NCBI GenBank assembly: GCA_036172245.1
Contig: JAYWIR010000005.1
Coordinates: 4,836,001 to 4,900,000 of the forward strand
Direction: 5' to 3'
Length of the DNA: 64,000 bases
Source: Raillietiella orientalis
Lineage: Eukaryota
The position numbers and the translations under genes were made by a program. The notes beneath the pieces are model-generated. The model was not told the DNA's origin. It ran no database searches and was given only the letters and a program-made list of their open reading frames with translations. The first letter of the stretch is position 1; every line of letters begins with the position of its first letter. Positions 13,425 to 27,166 of this stretch are shown here, in pieces.

Positions 13425-13997
13425 ATCGGACGAGCAAGAGGTTCTCGATAAGGGAAGAGCTCCCAGCGCGCGCGCTCGATCGCTGCGTGAGAGGTCCCAA
13501 CTTCGTCGCTAAGAGGCGCGTCCATCTGGCTGCGGAGCACATCAAGGAAGCGTCGCAAGGGAAATGGGAGCTGGTGACCTCACCATCGACTGAACCCGGC
13601 GGACGACTTTGAGACTCCGGACGGACCTGGTGCTCCCGAAAGAGAGTCGGACGCACGCGACACTGCCTCCCAAGTGAGAACGCGATACGACGGAACTGGA
13701 AGCAACAAAAGAGGCTAAGCACACCGAACCGTCCCTTCTTTTCGCAGACGGAGGAACACCGGACTCGGTAAGAGTTCTCAGAGCCTGGGACCCCGAGAAC
13801 GTCGAGGCACTCAGAGAACTCGAGAGCAGGAACCAAAAACGAAAACGATGCTGCGGGCCAATACCCGCCGTAGCCGGAGGACACGCCTACGTCAGGATGA
13901 GCAACTCCCAGCAAGCTACCGGAGGGATGGCAAGATGGTGGAGTGGATGGCGGAGTCCACCCCTGCCATTCATCATTTCGTCTGAAGCTGAATAAAA
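13425..13997 (+). mobile_element. 5'-truncated RLE-type non-LTR 3' end (restriction-like endonuclease remnant + 3'UTR)
   Basis: LRLRTDLVL..TLPPK*E..LEATKEAKH (cf. RPDLV..TVPxE..K..KY), AATAAA at 13991-13996, and a candidate diverged TSD at 13407-13424 / 13998-14016. Confidence 0.6.
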
Positions 13998-14522
13998 CTC
14001 AAGAAAGAGGGCGTGGTCCCCTAGCAGAAACCTCCCGTGCCGAACAAAGAGCTCCAACGTCTAACTTTGGAGGTGGGTTTCCCAACAGAACGCTCACCTC
14101 AACGCAAGAACACCCCCACACTTGAGCAGCCATTACGGTCCAACCCTTTTTCAATAACCAAAAAGCCAAAGCCGAGGAAACGATGGAAGCTGTGGGGAAA
14201 CAGCTCTCTCTTGCATTTTCTTCATAGTCCTTTGAAGAGAACACCGTCTCCGTGAAGAACCTACAACTTGTCCTTCACGGGAATCTTTGCAAATTCCATT
14301 TGTTCCGGAAAACCTTCCCTGCCAAGCCGTGATCGGGTAATCCTGCTCCCGGCAACTCTGTATAAGTCGGAGGTTTTCACAGGAATAGTTGCTCCTCTTC
14401 CTATAGCTCTGTAAATCCAGTAGGAGAGTAAGAATTCTCTTCACTCTTATCAGAAGCTCTTGGTCTGCATTTCTTCTCAAGAGATCTGCCCTATCAGTTC
14501 AGCTTCTCCTAGAAGATCTCAT
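13425..14522 (+). repeat. 1098-bp near-identical inverted repeat, copy 1
   Basis: Reverse complement of 59847-60944. Same length, about 10 substitutions seen by eye, and mirrored ORFs in the ORF track. Confidence 0.97.
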
Positions 14523-17500
14523 AGTATTATCTTATCATCCACCATAGCCGGGACATTTACTGAGGACACACCTTGGTTCATCGTCCAGGATGAACAGCAT
14601 CCACGTGACCACAGTCGCGATGTCACTCCTCCCACCAAACGAAGAGATAGTTGAATCGTGGAGATCATCCCGAGGGTTCCTTTGATGTAACAAAGTTGGG
14701 AAAATCCGGAGACGTAGCATCACCTTCAGATAGCTGCCGAAATCCAGCCTCCGCATCTTCCGGACCGAGAGGTATTGTCCTGGTAATTCGTCATTCAGCA
14801 AAGGAAGCCGGGGCTTCCGACCTCGGTTCCCTTTGGAGATGCCGCTGAATGGACGCCCGTTTCCGTAAGGGGCGGACGTCGCTGCTGGTCTCGTGTCCTT
14901 GAGCCGCAGCCACCATTGGAGGGGAGGCAGGTTTCGAGAACTGGAGACCAGCTGAAGAAGCTCTCGTGCAAGGAGCTCCTGCTCTTCACTGGCACAAAGC
15001 GCAAGGCAGCGTGGGTGGGAAGAAAAGAGGAGCAGCAGAGACAGGACCGCTGAACTACCTGCGTCTTAGCAGAACGGAGCTTCAGGGGAGAAGGAAGGAC
15101 ATACTGAAAATGCTCTTTTCTCGGATGCTCGGCGACGATTTGGTGAGCGAGGTCACGCTTCGGATTGATCCTCTTCCGAGGCACGAACGACCAGAGGTCC
15201 CGAGTCTTGAGATTGTGGAGACTGAGATCGGATTTCAGGCACCACTGCGCTCAGAGTGGTCCAGGAAAGTTTGGATGACCACTTGACTCAGAGATGCTGG
15301 CAGCTTCAGTCAGCTGTTCGCAGCGAAGTTGTCGGCCTCCTCTCTTAAACAGACCAGACCAAGGCATTCCTTCGAGTGATCAGCATCAATGAATGCGAAG
15401 ACGGAATACGTCATGAAGGTTGGTTCCACTCCCCCTACTCCTCTTCCACCTCACTCAGAGACCCACGCTGGCGTCAGGAACGTAACCGCGGATGAGAGAC
15501 TAGTCAGAGGAGGAAGAGATGGAATCGATGCATGAGATCGTCTTTTTGCTTTTCCCAGATCTCGGCATCAACCAGCAGCCGATCGAGGCATCTAAGAATG
15601 TGCTAGGTGGACGGAGGCATGGGTAGATCCAAACTCAACCATCCGAACGAAGCCACCAACTCGGTTGCCTACAGCCTCCTGATCTTCTGCAAAGAGATTG
15701 AAACTCCGAATGCTCGCTGCAGCGCGCCTCGACTCTTTTTTCCCCAAATCCTCAACCGCTCGACTTGATCCATGTGCTCCCTGTTCTTCTCATCTTTCAC
15801 CTGAATTCGAATTGTATCGTATTTCGTGTCGTGGGTGGCCTTCCTTCGCGGCACCCGAGACTCCAGAACATGACAGGCTATGACTGATGAAGCGGATGCA
15901 ACCGATCTTCGTGATCATGACGCCTGGCGAAAGACCGACACATGCGAAGAATCTCTGCAAGTCCATGGCATCGTCCTCAAGCTGCAGGAATGCTGAAACG
16001 CACCCTTCGCTAAACTCTCTCTAGGGGACCGCAGCCCAAGAATTAGGGAGGGAATGATGAAATCGCCGCGCACCTTAGGCAGAATCCTTCCCCAGCTACC
16101 CCGAAAACCAGCTCCTATGCTGGTTGCACCAGAAACCGCGGTGCAGAAACAGCGGCATATCCCGTTTCGAGCGTAACGGAAATGCGGAAGTGTTCAAACG
16201 CGAAGGAGGGACTACGAGTTCTTCGGAGGTCACATGCAGCATCTCTCTGCATCGAAGCACTGCATCCGCCCGACGGCGCGAAGTGGCGTTGTCCCTGTGA
16301 TGATGCATTCGCGCCGTCTTTTTTGAACGAGTAATGGACAAGACGATGACGACTAGGATGGCACGGTGCGCGGACGGAGGCAACAATTTCAGTATCCCAG
16401 TCTCAAAAAAAAGGGACCCAGCCAAGGAATTCGTGCTCGTGTTGCTTTTTGCAACTTTACGACTGCAAGCTGAGCAGTGCGATACGAGGATCCGACCAGC
16501 AGTGCACCCAACAGGATCAAGATTTCTCTCTGCGTAGAACGCTAAGCAGAAGAGGTGAGGTTGACGGTTCTCGTATTCTAATTGCTGCATTCAAATGAAC
16601 GGACGGGCTCTCCTGAATCAACCAAGGTGCAATGGAAAGCGGTTCGACTCCATCTCTCGTAATTGGCGACTGAGAAAAGTCTTGCAGAATTCCTTCGGGA
16701 GAGTCAGTTTCGAGCATGAGACGTTGAATGAACTCATCGCTGAGGACCAAGGGCAGAAAGTGCCCAGAGGGATTACAAAACACTGGGACTGAACACAGTG
16801 TTCGACTGACCGATGTGTGATTTTTGATTGCTGATTGCGTTCGCAAGCCCCAACTTGTGCTGCTGTTTTGCGAAAGTCCTTCCAGAGTAAAACACTCGTG
16901 CAGATCACCCCAGGGAATTGGTTTCTTTGACTGGTGTGCAGCAACAAAGGATGCCGACACGCTGGATACACTCCACCGTACACAGGTACTCATCGGCTCC
17001 ACCGAAGCACAGCAGAAGATAACGAAAAAAAGAGGACATAATGTCCTTAAAATGTTGTCTTCGAGCAAGGAAATGGCTGCAAAACTACTGTTAAATGAGA
17101 TCCGATCCCGATCTGCGGTGTTGCCACAGCAGGCACTAAGCAAAGCCCAAGAGTTCCTTCAGGATGCCGAAGATCTTTTGTTGGTAACATTGGTCGGTGG
17201 TCGGAGCCTTCCGGGCGTGAGAACCAGGTGGCCGCTAACGAGTCTTGGTAGACCGCGGAATCAGGTCTTTCCAGATGGCACGAGGAGTTGGTGGAGTTTT
17301 GTGCATTGGCTCGCTGGAATTTCGGTCTCCACGACCTGCGGTGCATCAGGATTTCCCGGAATCTGCTGGACCCGTCGGCGTGGTCGGCAAGAGCATTCCA
17401 GCTCGTGAAGCAGAATGGGCATCTGCCAATCTTGCGAGAACCCCAGGCAACTGAAAACGGAGCTGCCATCATGAAATTTCCATCACAAGTACGGAAACTT

Positions 17501-18677
17501 CCAAAAAGGGAACGGGCTGCGACCGAATTCGGAACAGTGGGTAAAGATTTTTCCGAGTCACTGTCACGAATTGAAATTTGACACGTACATGTCATGAACA
17601 TTTGTCGAGAGCCGTTCGAAGACTTTCCTGTCTCTCCCGTGTTTCCTACTGATGGATTTTTTCCTGATTTTTTTTTTTTTCTTCTTTCCTTTATGGTTGT
17701 TTTAAGTTTTGATTTCCGCAACCGGAGGTATCGAGTGAAAGTTTCCTACCGAAAAGTTGCATGATGTAAACTTTAAAAAAACGGAAATTCCCATTCGGAT
17801 CTTTTCTTCCAGATGAGGTTTCATGAGGAAAATGTGATCTTCCGAATCTCAAGAGTTTCTGGGCTCGAAGTGATGCAAGTACGAGCTCTGCTCTTGCCCA
17901 CCCTTCCATGCGATTGGTTTCGCTTGTGCACGAATGCATCGTGTGCCTCCAACACTGATTCAAACTTGCTGATGGTTCTCCAAGCGCCAGCAAGTTTGTT
18001 TCAGTACGGGAAAACACGTTCATTGGAACCACAGTCATCCACCCAGCACGGGAGCTGCAACCTTTCGCGAAAAAGTACTTGCTCTTGGACGAATGCTCCC
18101 GAGAACTAAAAAAATGCACAGAATGATTGGGTGGCATCGAAATATTTTGTGGGTGTGTGTTTGCATCACAGAAAGATGCAACAGGATTCAAATTCGGGGA
18201 TCGAATGATAATAAGAAACGATGTTAATTTTTCATCTGGAGGGTTGGAAAGTGGACAGAAAGTAGCAGAGAGAAATGATCTGTGCTCGAAACTCCTTCCT
18301 TCGTGTACACAACCCAGATCGAGAATTCATCCTTCTGTCCACATGTTGATGGGCTCACGGCATTTCCTAAAGCCAGTCAACGTCATCCTTTCCTGGAGCA
18401 AGAAACTGATCTAATTAATAAATTCAGTATGAGGAGTGTAGAATTGCCCATTTCTACGGAAGCGCATTGATCTCTGGACCAAAGAACATCTTATGAGTTA
18501 TAAAAAAATAAGTCTGCATGTTATTAAGCATCCCAGTAACATATCTCAGTGACATTCTCTCGTTCTTCTCGATGGTGCTCACTGAGAATTCGTTTCATGA
18601 AAACACGGACATAGAAAACGGGACATGATGACACAACTGTCAATGTACGCTTACGCGTACGTACAATGTACGCGTAC

Positions 18678-19766
18678 CTTTTTTTATTTTTTTATAAATT
18701 TTACTTTTAAAAAGGCCAGTAGCGACCCCCACGAGGAGATCGTTACTATTGGCCTAGGACGATGGAGAGATCCTTGGGTTCTTTTTTCGCTGTTTTTCTT
18801 TCAGCTTTTTTTTTTTAAGGGTTTTCTTTGTTTTTGGTTCGCTAAGTACCTCAGAGCCGGTCGCGTGCCTCGCGGCGCACGTGGCTCTTTTTAACATTAA
18901 CACACTGTTTTGTTTCCACGCCTCTCCGCCCGCGGCAACCCGCAGGGGGGCGTGTAATTCTTCAGGATAGGGGGCACCCCGGGATGGGGGTGGGTCCGCC
19001 CTATGAATCCAGGAAGGGCTCGGAGTCCGTTCCTCTCACGCATGAGGAGGGATCCCCCCCGGACGGGAGGGATCGCACCTCCCACCCTGGTTGTCTCCGA
19101 AGGGGAACCCCGAAGGGAATCTCCTTCCTCATTCTCTCCGGAGGGACCCCCTGGGAGGGGAGTGGTCCTCTCCATTTCAGCTTCTCCGAAGGGAACCCGG
19201 AAAGGATCCGCTTCTAGGAATTTCTTCTCCGGAGGGAACCCGCAAGGGAACCGCTCTCCTTTATTCACTCCTCTGAAGAGAACCCGAAGGGACGCTTCCG
19301 AAACTCAGAAGGGGCGCTGCAGCTTCCCGCAGGGGAATCGCTCTCGCTTGCTTCCTTGCACTCTGTGAAGAGGCAACGACTCGGAGGGACCCCCAACAAG
19401 GGAGGTCCGCTCCTTTGAACAACTGGAGAGGTGCCCCTGAGGGCTCCTGCTCCATCTTGAAACCGGAGGTGGTCCCCCGGTGACGGGGGTCCGCTCTCCG
19501 TTGCACGACAGGAGGGGGAACTCCCCAATCCTTGATTCCTGGGAGGACCCGAAGGTCGACTCCCATTGTTCCGGCCTTCATCGGGAGGCCTCCGGCTTCA
19601 TCCACCGCCGGGGGGCCACGCCCGAATGTCTCGGCCAACCAGCGCCATCTTGCAGGAGAAACTCGGAACCTAAACGACACAGTGGCGTCAGTTATCTGCC
19701 GAAGTATTCGAACCCGCGACGCGTGGTACCACACGCGGAAGCCTTAACCACAAGGCCTCCGACGCG
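18678..19766 (-). mobile_element. tRNA-headed SINE-like element, copy 2 (apparently complete, ~1.1 kb)
   Basis: A-box-like AGGCCTTGTGG (19758-19748) and B-box GGTTCGAATAC (19714-19704) at tRNA spacing. Internal ggttccc(t/c)tcggag subrepeats. 3' hairpin at 18714-18754, then TTTTT and an A-rich tail. Confidence 0.65.
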
Positions 19767-22024
19767 GGCAGACTTTTTGAAAGAACGAAAACAGTTGTTC
19801 TTCGATCACTTACGGCTCAAAAAGAAGCGTGGAAAAAAAAAAAAAAGGAAATCTACCTGTTCTTTCTGAGTTTGACAGGAAAAATTCCCTTGGATTCTTT
19901 CATTAGATTAGCCATAAACTGTTACAGTGTCCGGTAAATACTGCAGAAGCAAACGAGTGCTATGCTTCTTGAGGAACAGTGAATCCAATGTGGTTCAAGT
20001 TGCTCTCATCTCTCACCGGGAAACATTAGTAGTTGATCAAATATCAGTAGATGTTCTAAGAAGTCCAATAAGTCTATCTTGTATGCTGTGCCCAGGGTTC
20101 ATAGGATGAGAATGAAGTTCCATGAAAATTTTGAGGATCTCAACAGAAACTTTCAGATATAAAACACGATGAAGATGAATTAGCTTCCAACCAAACTAAA
20201 TCAACCATTGTGTGCCTTGTTATTCCCATTCAACGAGAATTAGCGACTGCTTGTTTACATTAAAGATCCTAGAAACGCCTCCCAATTTCATCACTAGGAA
20301 GATTCTAGAATTTCACGATAGGGAAAACCCGAAACACTACAAACAGTGGACATCGGAGAGGATTTAGAAGAATGCACTGAGTCCACGCAATTAGTGTCTG
20401 GCCTATTCATGAACCTACGGATGCTGATCTGGCCAAATGATGACAGCATGAATGTTTCCCTATGACCAATAACTTCAGTATTCTGTTTACTTAATTCTAC
20501 AATCCCAGAAGCAATGATCTGCAAATTCGAGAACAAAATTTGCTTTCTCTGTTTGCCAGGAGAATTTTGAAAGGCTGCTACACATCTCATTATCAAACGA
20601 AGAGAAGCTCAACTGACGAAAGTCCTGACCTCCTTCCAGGAAGCCAAGGAAACGATGCGGAACCGAGAACAACGCAAACACACTTGAGCAAAACACCGAG
20701 TGTTCTCCACCATACCAGCGGCATCTCCAGTTTCCACGGAAGTTTCTTGGGAGTTTCGCCACCTTCGAGCATCCACATCTTCAGACCAAAAATCTATCTC
20801 CTTGCTTCCACTACTGCTGGGCAATTCTGGCTGTTTCGATACAGCGTTTGCTTTCTTTACTGTATGCGAATCACAGATTGTCTTTGAAGATGCTGCTGAG
20901 ATGATGAGGGGATACAAAAAATCAGAGAGGAAGCCCAACCACAAGTGTGAGAAATCACAATGTAACATTCCACTCTGGATTTCGACGTTTTGAATTTTTA
21001 CGCTATTCATTTTTAATGATTAACGATAGTTTGCAATGAGTAACGTTTACATGTGCTTATATGGTTAGTGTGATCACTGTACGATCAATGCAAGTACAAA
21101 TGAAACAAAAAAGATTAAAAAAACTAAAGTAAGAACCAAAATTCCATGGCAACGACTTGGAATTTACCAAAACAACTGACGACATGGCAGGAAGAGAATG
21201 TTCAGCATGCTCTACATACTTAGATCCCTTATTAATATAAATTGGAAATATATGGAATAAATTATGGAATGCATTAAATGATCGTAATGAACATACCTGT
21301 GCAAAGCAGGAATGTCAACGAATACTCTTCTTATGAAGTGTGTGTACGAAAGACTAACAGTTCTCAAATAATTAAGCCATAAGCCATAAACGCATGCTGA
21401 TGTACATGTGCTCATATGTGTACGTATACGCTGACATGGTAAGCAAATATTTGCACGATCGCATGCATTTTGCTTTGATCATATTCATTTATGCATATGC
21501 TGCATGTAGGTAAATTATACACTCAAATGTATGAATGCGTACACGATGAGAAGTGCGTACATATATAGCTCATGATTACGTATGCTATCATGCAAAAGCA
21601 ATAAAAGTTGCCTTCTACGGAAATTAATTTCGTAATTTTAGCGACTGGAAAGCCTGTTGATGAAAGTTTTCGGATGGAAAATTGAAGAGCTCGGTAGAGC
21701 ACCATTTTCATCGGTTCAAGGGGGGAGGGGTCCCTAATTTACTTCATCGCTACTTTTTAATGGGTCATGAAAAAGATTGTGTTTTCATGACTGCCGAAGT
21801 ACACGAATACATCCTGAATCTTGGATGTGTGTGTGTGTGTGTTTTTTTTTCTTCCTGGATTTTCGCAACTTGCATTTTATTTGCGGGCATTCTTGCACAG
21901 CTCAAAGGTCATTCAATCCGCAAGTCATAGAAAACGTCAACTACTCAGTTTGTAATTTATGGTAACTCTTTAGAATGAAAAATACTTTTAGATGGAAACG
22001 GAATTGTGCGGTTCCTTCAGATTG

Positions 22025-22118
22025 TGACTCAATCCATCTCAATCAATCTCGACTCAATCTCAATCTTGACTCAGTCTTGACTCTTCACCAAACTTAATCT
22101 TGACTCAATCTCAATCCA
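22025..22118. repeat. Degenerate 6-bp tandem repeat (ctcaat/cttgac)
   Basis: gactcaatc..atctcaatcaatctcgactcaatctcaatcttgactcagtcttgactc..atcttgactcaatctcaatc. Confidence 0.7.
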
Positions 22119-22835
22119 TCATCCATAAGAGCGCTTGTGCTCCACGTTGGGTGTTTCGATATCAGGTAATCGATCCAGAAAATGATATTCCATATTCACT
22201 TTCATTCGTTGGTATGCATTTGCATTCATATGAAACTCCGAAGCACGTTGCTCCCGTCATTTTTTTTTATCTTCTGGATTCTTCTTCTTTTTCCCAGATG
22301 GACTGAGCATGTATGCCGTGTACGTGTGGTATTTCCGATCTCAGCTTCTCATCTCGTGGATCAAAATAGTTACACGAGAAATACAAGATAAGCACGGAAC
22401 GATGTCACGACAGAAATCAAGCATAACCCGCGCCCAACTGATGCTCATGTCTTTGATTTTGCTTTTCGATATGCTGCTGCATTTAAAAGAGATGAGAACA
22501 TTTTCGATGGTTTCAATCTGGGAGCCAGGTCAGTTTCTTAGACAACGTCCAAGCGATAAGCAGTTTCCCAACTGTGCTGGAGAATCGATCACTGATCCCT
22601 GATTAATTTCCCAGATCAGCTCACACTGAGCATAGGGCAGGTCTTCCTGGCTCTGAAGCACAAGGGGAATGAGTGGTTTCCAGAACTAGGCAAGCTTGTG
22701 CCCGAGTCGCATCGTGATAAGGCAGTTACACCCCACGCGGTGTTTTGAAATGTTCCTTCGCTTGCAGTAGTGGCTTTTCTCCCAGTAATTACTCCACGGG
22801 ACCTGTCTTCCGTTGTAGTCTCCATCTCGAAAACA

Positions 22836-22859
22836 ACAGCAGCAGCAGCAGCAGCAGCA
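22836..22859. repeat. (CAG)n microsatellite
   Basis: Seven CAG units seen directly. Confidence 0.85.
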
Positions 22860-24956
22860 ATGCTTGCATAGGATGCGAGGCGTCATCTATAAAAACAGAG
22901 AAAAACTTCCGTCCTTTCTCTCTTTGCATTCAAAAAACTGTGTACAAACCTGCATGTGGCATGGATTTGCACAAACTCTGTATTGTTTTTGTGAAGTTTC
23001 CCGTGTGCTTCGGGAATGAAATCTTTGATCGAACGAGAGGATCTTGGATTTCGGGTTCAGTAAGAATCAAGGTCGATTTTTGTCTCCCGATTATTTAATT
23101 TTTGCTGTTTGGATTTCCAGAAAGCACTTGCAAAGTCTTTGCCGACTTGTGGCTCAAGACCTGGTGAATCAAAGGGTAATTAAGAGGTGTGGAGGGGATC
23201 TTTTGGTAGGCAACGTAACTCAGGCAACTTGGAAACAACTTTTCGTGAAAGTCTCCTCCGCAGGCTCGTCGAAAGGCTGTCGACTTTCCTCTCGAATTTC
23301 CAAAACTGGGCTTGCCTATTCCATAGGAAACGATGTTTGGAACATCGCAGTATGTGACTCGCAGATAAATTATTCAAAATAGATGGGAATCGTAAAACTG
23401 AAAAAGCTCTTAGATTCCTCCGACATAGTTCGTGAAGATGAAGGACCGCGAAGATGTTAAAGATTGTGTCCTGAAAAACAATTAGGAATGAATGGAATCA
23501 AGATACACAATTCCTGTGCAAAATTACTTTACTCTTTTGCGATGAAGTCAGTGAGGATCTCAAAACCAGAAAATAATACTAAGCTCATTATACTTTGATG
23601 AATCCCACCATCCCTTCGTACCTTCCTCAAGTGGGCTCAGTTTTCGGTAACGACAGCATATGAAGTCAAACATCCCAAATATGAGTCATCCATTGTACCA
23701 AACGTGTCTCTTGATGTTATGCATCCTCTGGGCTATTGGTGCAACGACCAAGCAGTCAGCATCCTCATGATTTTTTTTTTTTTTCAAGTGGATTTTGGAT
23801 GTTTGGAAAGCGATTTTCCTTGGCTGCCGTATTTTGTAGGTTTTCTTGCCGGACTCGATTTCTTATTAGGCCTAGAGGATGCCAAATGCACAGGAGCATT
23901 CATTATTTTATTTTTTTTGGAATGATGATGTAAAAAATTGGTACATCGAATGCTAAACTCACACCGGAACGAGATTGCTCACTCGACACTGGGCGTGGAA
24001 GGCACCCAAGGTCATGTGTGTTAGCAGTGTGCATCGCGTGTCGAAAAATACTGCGTCGCCGGCCCAAAGCCGTCTCAGCGGCTGCAACTTTTTCACGAAT
24101 TGCCCTCCGCGAAGATTGTGCTTCGAGCTCGGTGGGGACATTCAGCTAAGAGCCACGAAAAGCGAAAGCTGAGACGGCACTGCACCCATGGTCAGGTGCT
24201 CCCTGGATGGAAGTACACACAAACACAGATCATGTGTGTTTGGAACGCAAACGCACGTGAAACAGCTTAAGCTACTGCTTATGCGCGCGAACCCAACATC
24301 TTATAAATCACATGCAATAACGCATACGCAATTACACGTTTCCTCACCATGTGTTCACCTTCCCCCACAAATCTGAAATTTGTCCACACGGAGTAAATTT
24401 TTAAAAAAAATTGCAGCGATCCTTCCGAACTTCGGACTGTGAATTTCGTCGTGCTCTTCACAATTTTGAAACGCCCTCAAATAGAGTAACCGAGCTCTTA
24501 TTGATTCGTTCATGAAATCAGCATTTTTCGGTTATTAAGGGGATATCATGTCCGATGGTGTGAAGGATCATCTTTGCTTCTAATTCTTACTATCTCATCA
24601 TGAATCTTCACGTTACTCCCGTGGTCACTCGATTTTCCACCACACACATTCTGTATGTCCGCTCTTCTGTAAAAACATGTATTACTGTTCCTGGGTCGAA
24701 CTGCCGCAGAAGGCTCATCCCAGAAGTAAAAAAAAAAAAAAAAATTTGATTTCGAAAATTTGTGTTTGCATCCGCATGGTTGCTGAAGATTTTCCCTTAA
24801 TCTTGGGATCTTTGCAGACAACCGGGCGCTATGGGGATAGCCGATTTGCTGTCGATTTTTCATTTTTTTTGCCAGTCTTCAAATACGCTCGAAGTGGGGG
24901 ATGACGAGCCCCCAGATCAAAACAACAAGAGATTCTTCTAATGTGCATGCATGTTT

Positions 24957-24984
24957 GTGCGTGTGTGTGTGTGTGTGTGTGTGT
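24957..24984. repeat. (GT)n microsatellite
   Basis: Seen directly. Confidence 0.9.
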
Positions 24985-27166
24985 AACAATTCAACGTAAA
25001 GGTGAGAGACATGGAACACACAAGAACAGACTGGGGAGCAGGCTCAGTGGGAGGAACAACTTGAAGGAACCATTCGGTATTCTGTTCATTTAGATGAGCA
25101 TGTCTAGATCGCGAATGATAAAGGAATTCCAAAAGCCGCATAGGTAAAAGAGTCTTTTCCTAGATCTCACAGAAAGAAAAGATTATGATAGCATGATTTT
25201 CATTTTCGGCGTTGAAAATAATGTAAATCGTAAGAATCTTTATGTTGACGGAATGAAAAACCCCAGTCGAGATAGCAAAGATGTGCTAAGAATCTTTATG
25301 ATTAGGAAACACTTGATCTATCTTTACCAAGCATCACACACGAGTACCAAAAATGCACTCTGGAAATGACTATAATATCTGGGAATGAGGATCAGTGGTC
25401 CTGGGAATACTGAAAAGGAAACTGAAAAAAGAAATGAAGAAGACACACTAAAAACCAAACTTCGTTGGTTTCTTCATTTGTCATTTGAGTGATCTCGTTT
25501 TTCCACTACGTCTATATATGTCCACTTTCTCAGAATGTCAAGTGTACGCACTTCTAGTCCATGCCTAATCGAACTGTTGCTACTACCTATTCTTCACAAA
25601 CAGTACATTTGTTGTGAACAGTCGATCCTTTTCATCATGGAAGCAAATGCCGACTCATTTTAGCAAAGAGGGCATCAGAAACATTCCTCGTAAAATAATT
25701 CTGGAAAACTTGAATTGGGAACATCTCCGTGTTCGTGCTTTCTTCGTGACCAGACATGTGTTAGTGTTGTGTGTGCTGGTAACTTCCGTGGTCGATGTTT
25801 CCTTTTTAATTTTTCCTGTCTCTTTCGGCTTTGGAAAGCAGACTCGCTTCTACTTCGGTATTTTGCTCTTAAAGTGGTGCAATTTCGAAACTGCCCATCT
25901 CGAAATGAGAACATTCCATGCTGCACGATGGAAGACAGACTTTGTTGTTCTGGAGATGTGCAAATTGCGAGCGTATCATTCAGTTTCGATGTTTGTTTAT
26001 TAAAAAAGATGAGGATTTGCCTCACACGACAGCACTGAACTAATCCAATGGAAAATTAATCCTTGTGCAAGCATCTTCAACCTTCCTTCAGCATCTCTCA
26101 CTGGTCAATTGTTTGAACCGCCATCGAGAAAGCAAAGCTCCTGGTACATTTTATGGGTCGAAAGAAAGGGAACTATCAAGACGAAAGAGGAGAAACATGT
26201 CGTGGGAGAAACGGGACGTCAGAAACTGCTTAGGCATCAGGGAATTCAAGGAGTCTCAGCGTAGTTGAGTGCTCCGTGGTTTTCGTGCCGATAGCAAAAA
26301 CAATTAGACCACAAATAGGATTAGAGATCATCAATGGAAAAAAAAACGAGTCCAATTCGCTTTTTATATCGCGTTCAGAGCCGCAACTTGGCAGGCAAAT
26401 TTGGTAACGTCTGACTGGGTGACAACTTGAAACGGATATTGCTATTCGCAATTTGCATTTTTAACATCATCCTCTCCGTATCGTGAAGTTCCCAACGTGC
26501 TTTGGAGAACACTGATTCTATTTGAAACAGTCTCATGAGACAGACTTCGACTTCGGCATGATACTCAAGGAGCAGCATTCAAACGCCTAGCTTTGGCTCA
26601 GATTCTGGTATTTGAAGTCAGTCAGTGTTGTAGGAAATGCCTCGCAAACCGTACCTATGAAGAACTCCTCAAGTATGTTATCTTTACGATGTCCATTATC
26701 TTTGTCAAAATTACCACTATATCACACCTCCATTTCTCCACTTTCGAAGTTCCTATTGGTAGAATTAGCGAGATGAACTTCGTGAAATTGTCAGAGAAAT
26801 GTCTATACTTTAAATTCAAAAAGCCCAGCAACTTCATTGCATTACCAGGGATCTGCTACCTGGTACCTCTTCGAATTCTTCGACCTCTAATCTATTTCTG
26901 GCATGAGAATAATCTACGGACGTCTATTTTCCGCATTTTCTTCCACAGCAGAAATATTCTCTTTTCAAGAGATTCCACTTCCAAAGTGTGCTCTTCCAAA
27001 ACAACTGTATCGTGTAGGTCGCTGATGGGGACAAATCCTTGCAAAACATATTGGAAAATGAAAATGAATAGAAGGAGTTTTTGTGTTAATTTGCTCGTAT
27101 CTGTTGCAACCTTTGCATGGTAGAAGGGCTCGTGAGAATGGCTTTTTACCCGGTTTTGCCTGAGCA

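Larger units (their letters stand above)
12580..17781 (+). mobile_element. Near full-length decayed I-group LINE (ORF1; ORF2 with APE endonuclease, RT, RNase H, CCHC), interrupted at 13425-13997
   Basis: Ordered remnants: knuckle-like LMGEHPNKYCPG (~13270), IVESWRSSRG (~14650, cf. IISWNCRG), SLDDHL (~15270, cf. GSDH), IFVIMTPGERPTHAKN (~15910, cf. LIPKPGKDP..NYRP), VFFERVMDK..ARCADG (~16320-16380, cf. LFN.VMD..YADD), RWPLTSLGRPRNQ (~17230-17265, cf. WVPSHVGIPGNE), Cys/His cluster ~17560-17610, A-run at ~17775. Confidence 0.6.

Noticed and set aside
19695..19766. Functional tRNA gene
   Set aside because: A/B boxes are present, but there is no proper acceptor stem and it continues into a repeated body, so it is treated as a SINE head.
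22025..22118. CRISPR-like array
   Set aside because: Degenerate 6-bp tandem repeat with no spacers, in eukaryotic DNA.
17790..27150. Coding-looking decayed stretches at ~17.8-18.5, 19.9-21.0, 22.6-23.7 and 25.6-27.1 kb
   Set aside because: No motif could be assigned with confidence. They need a frameshift-aware blastx.
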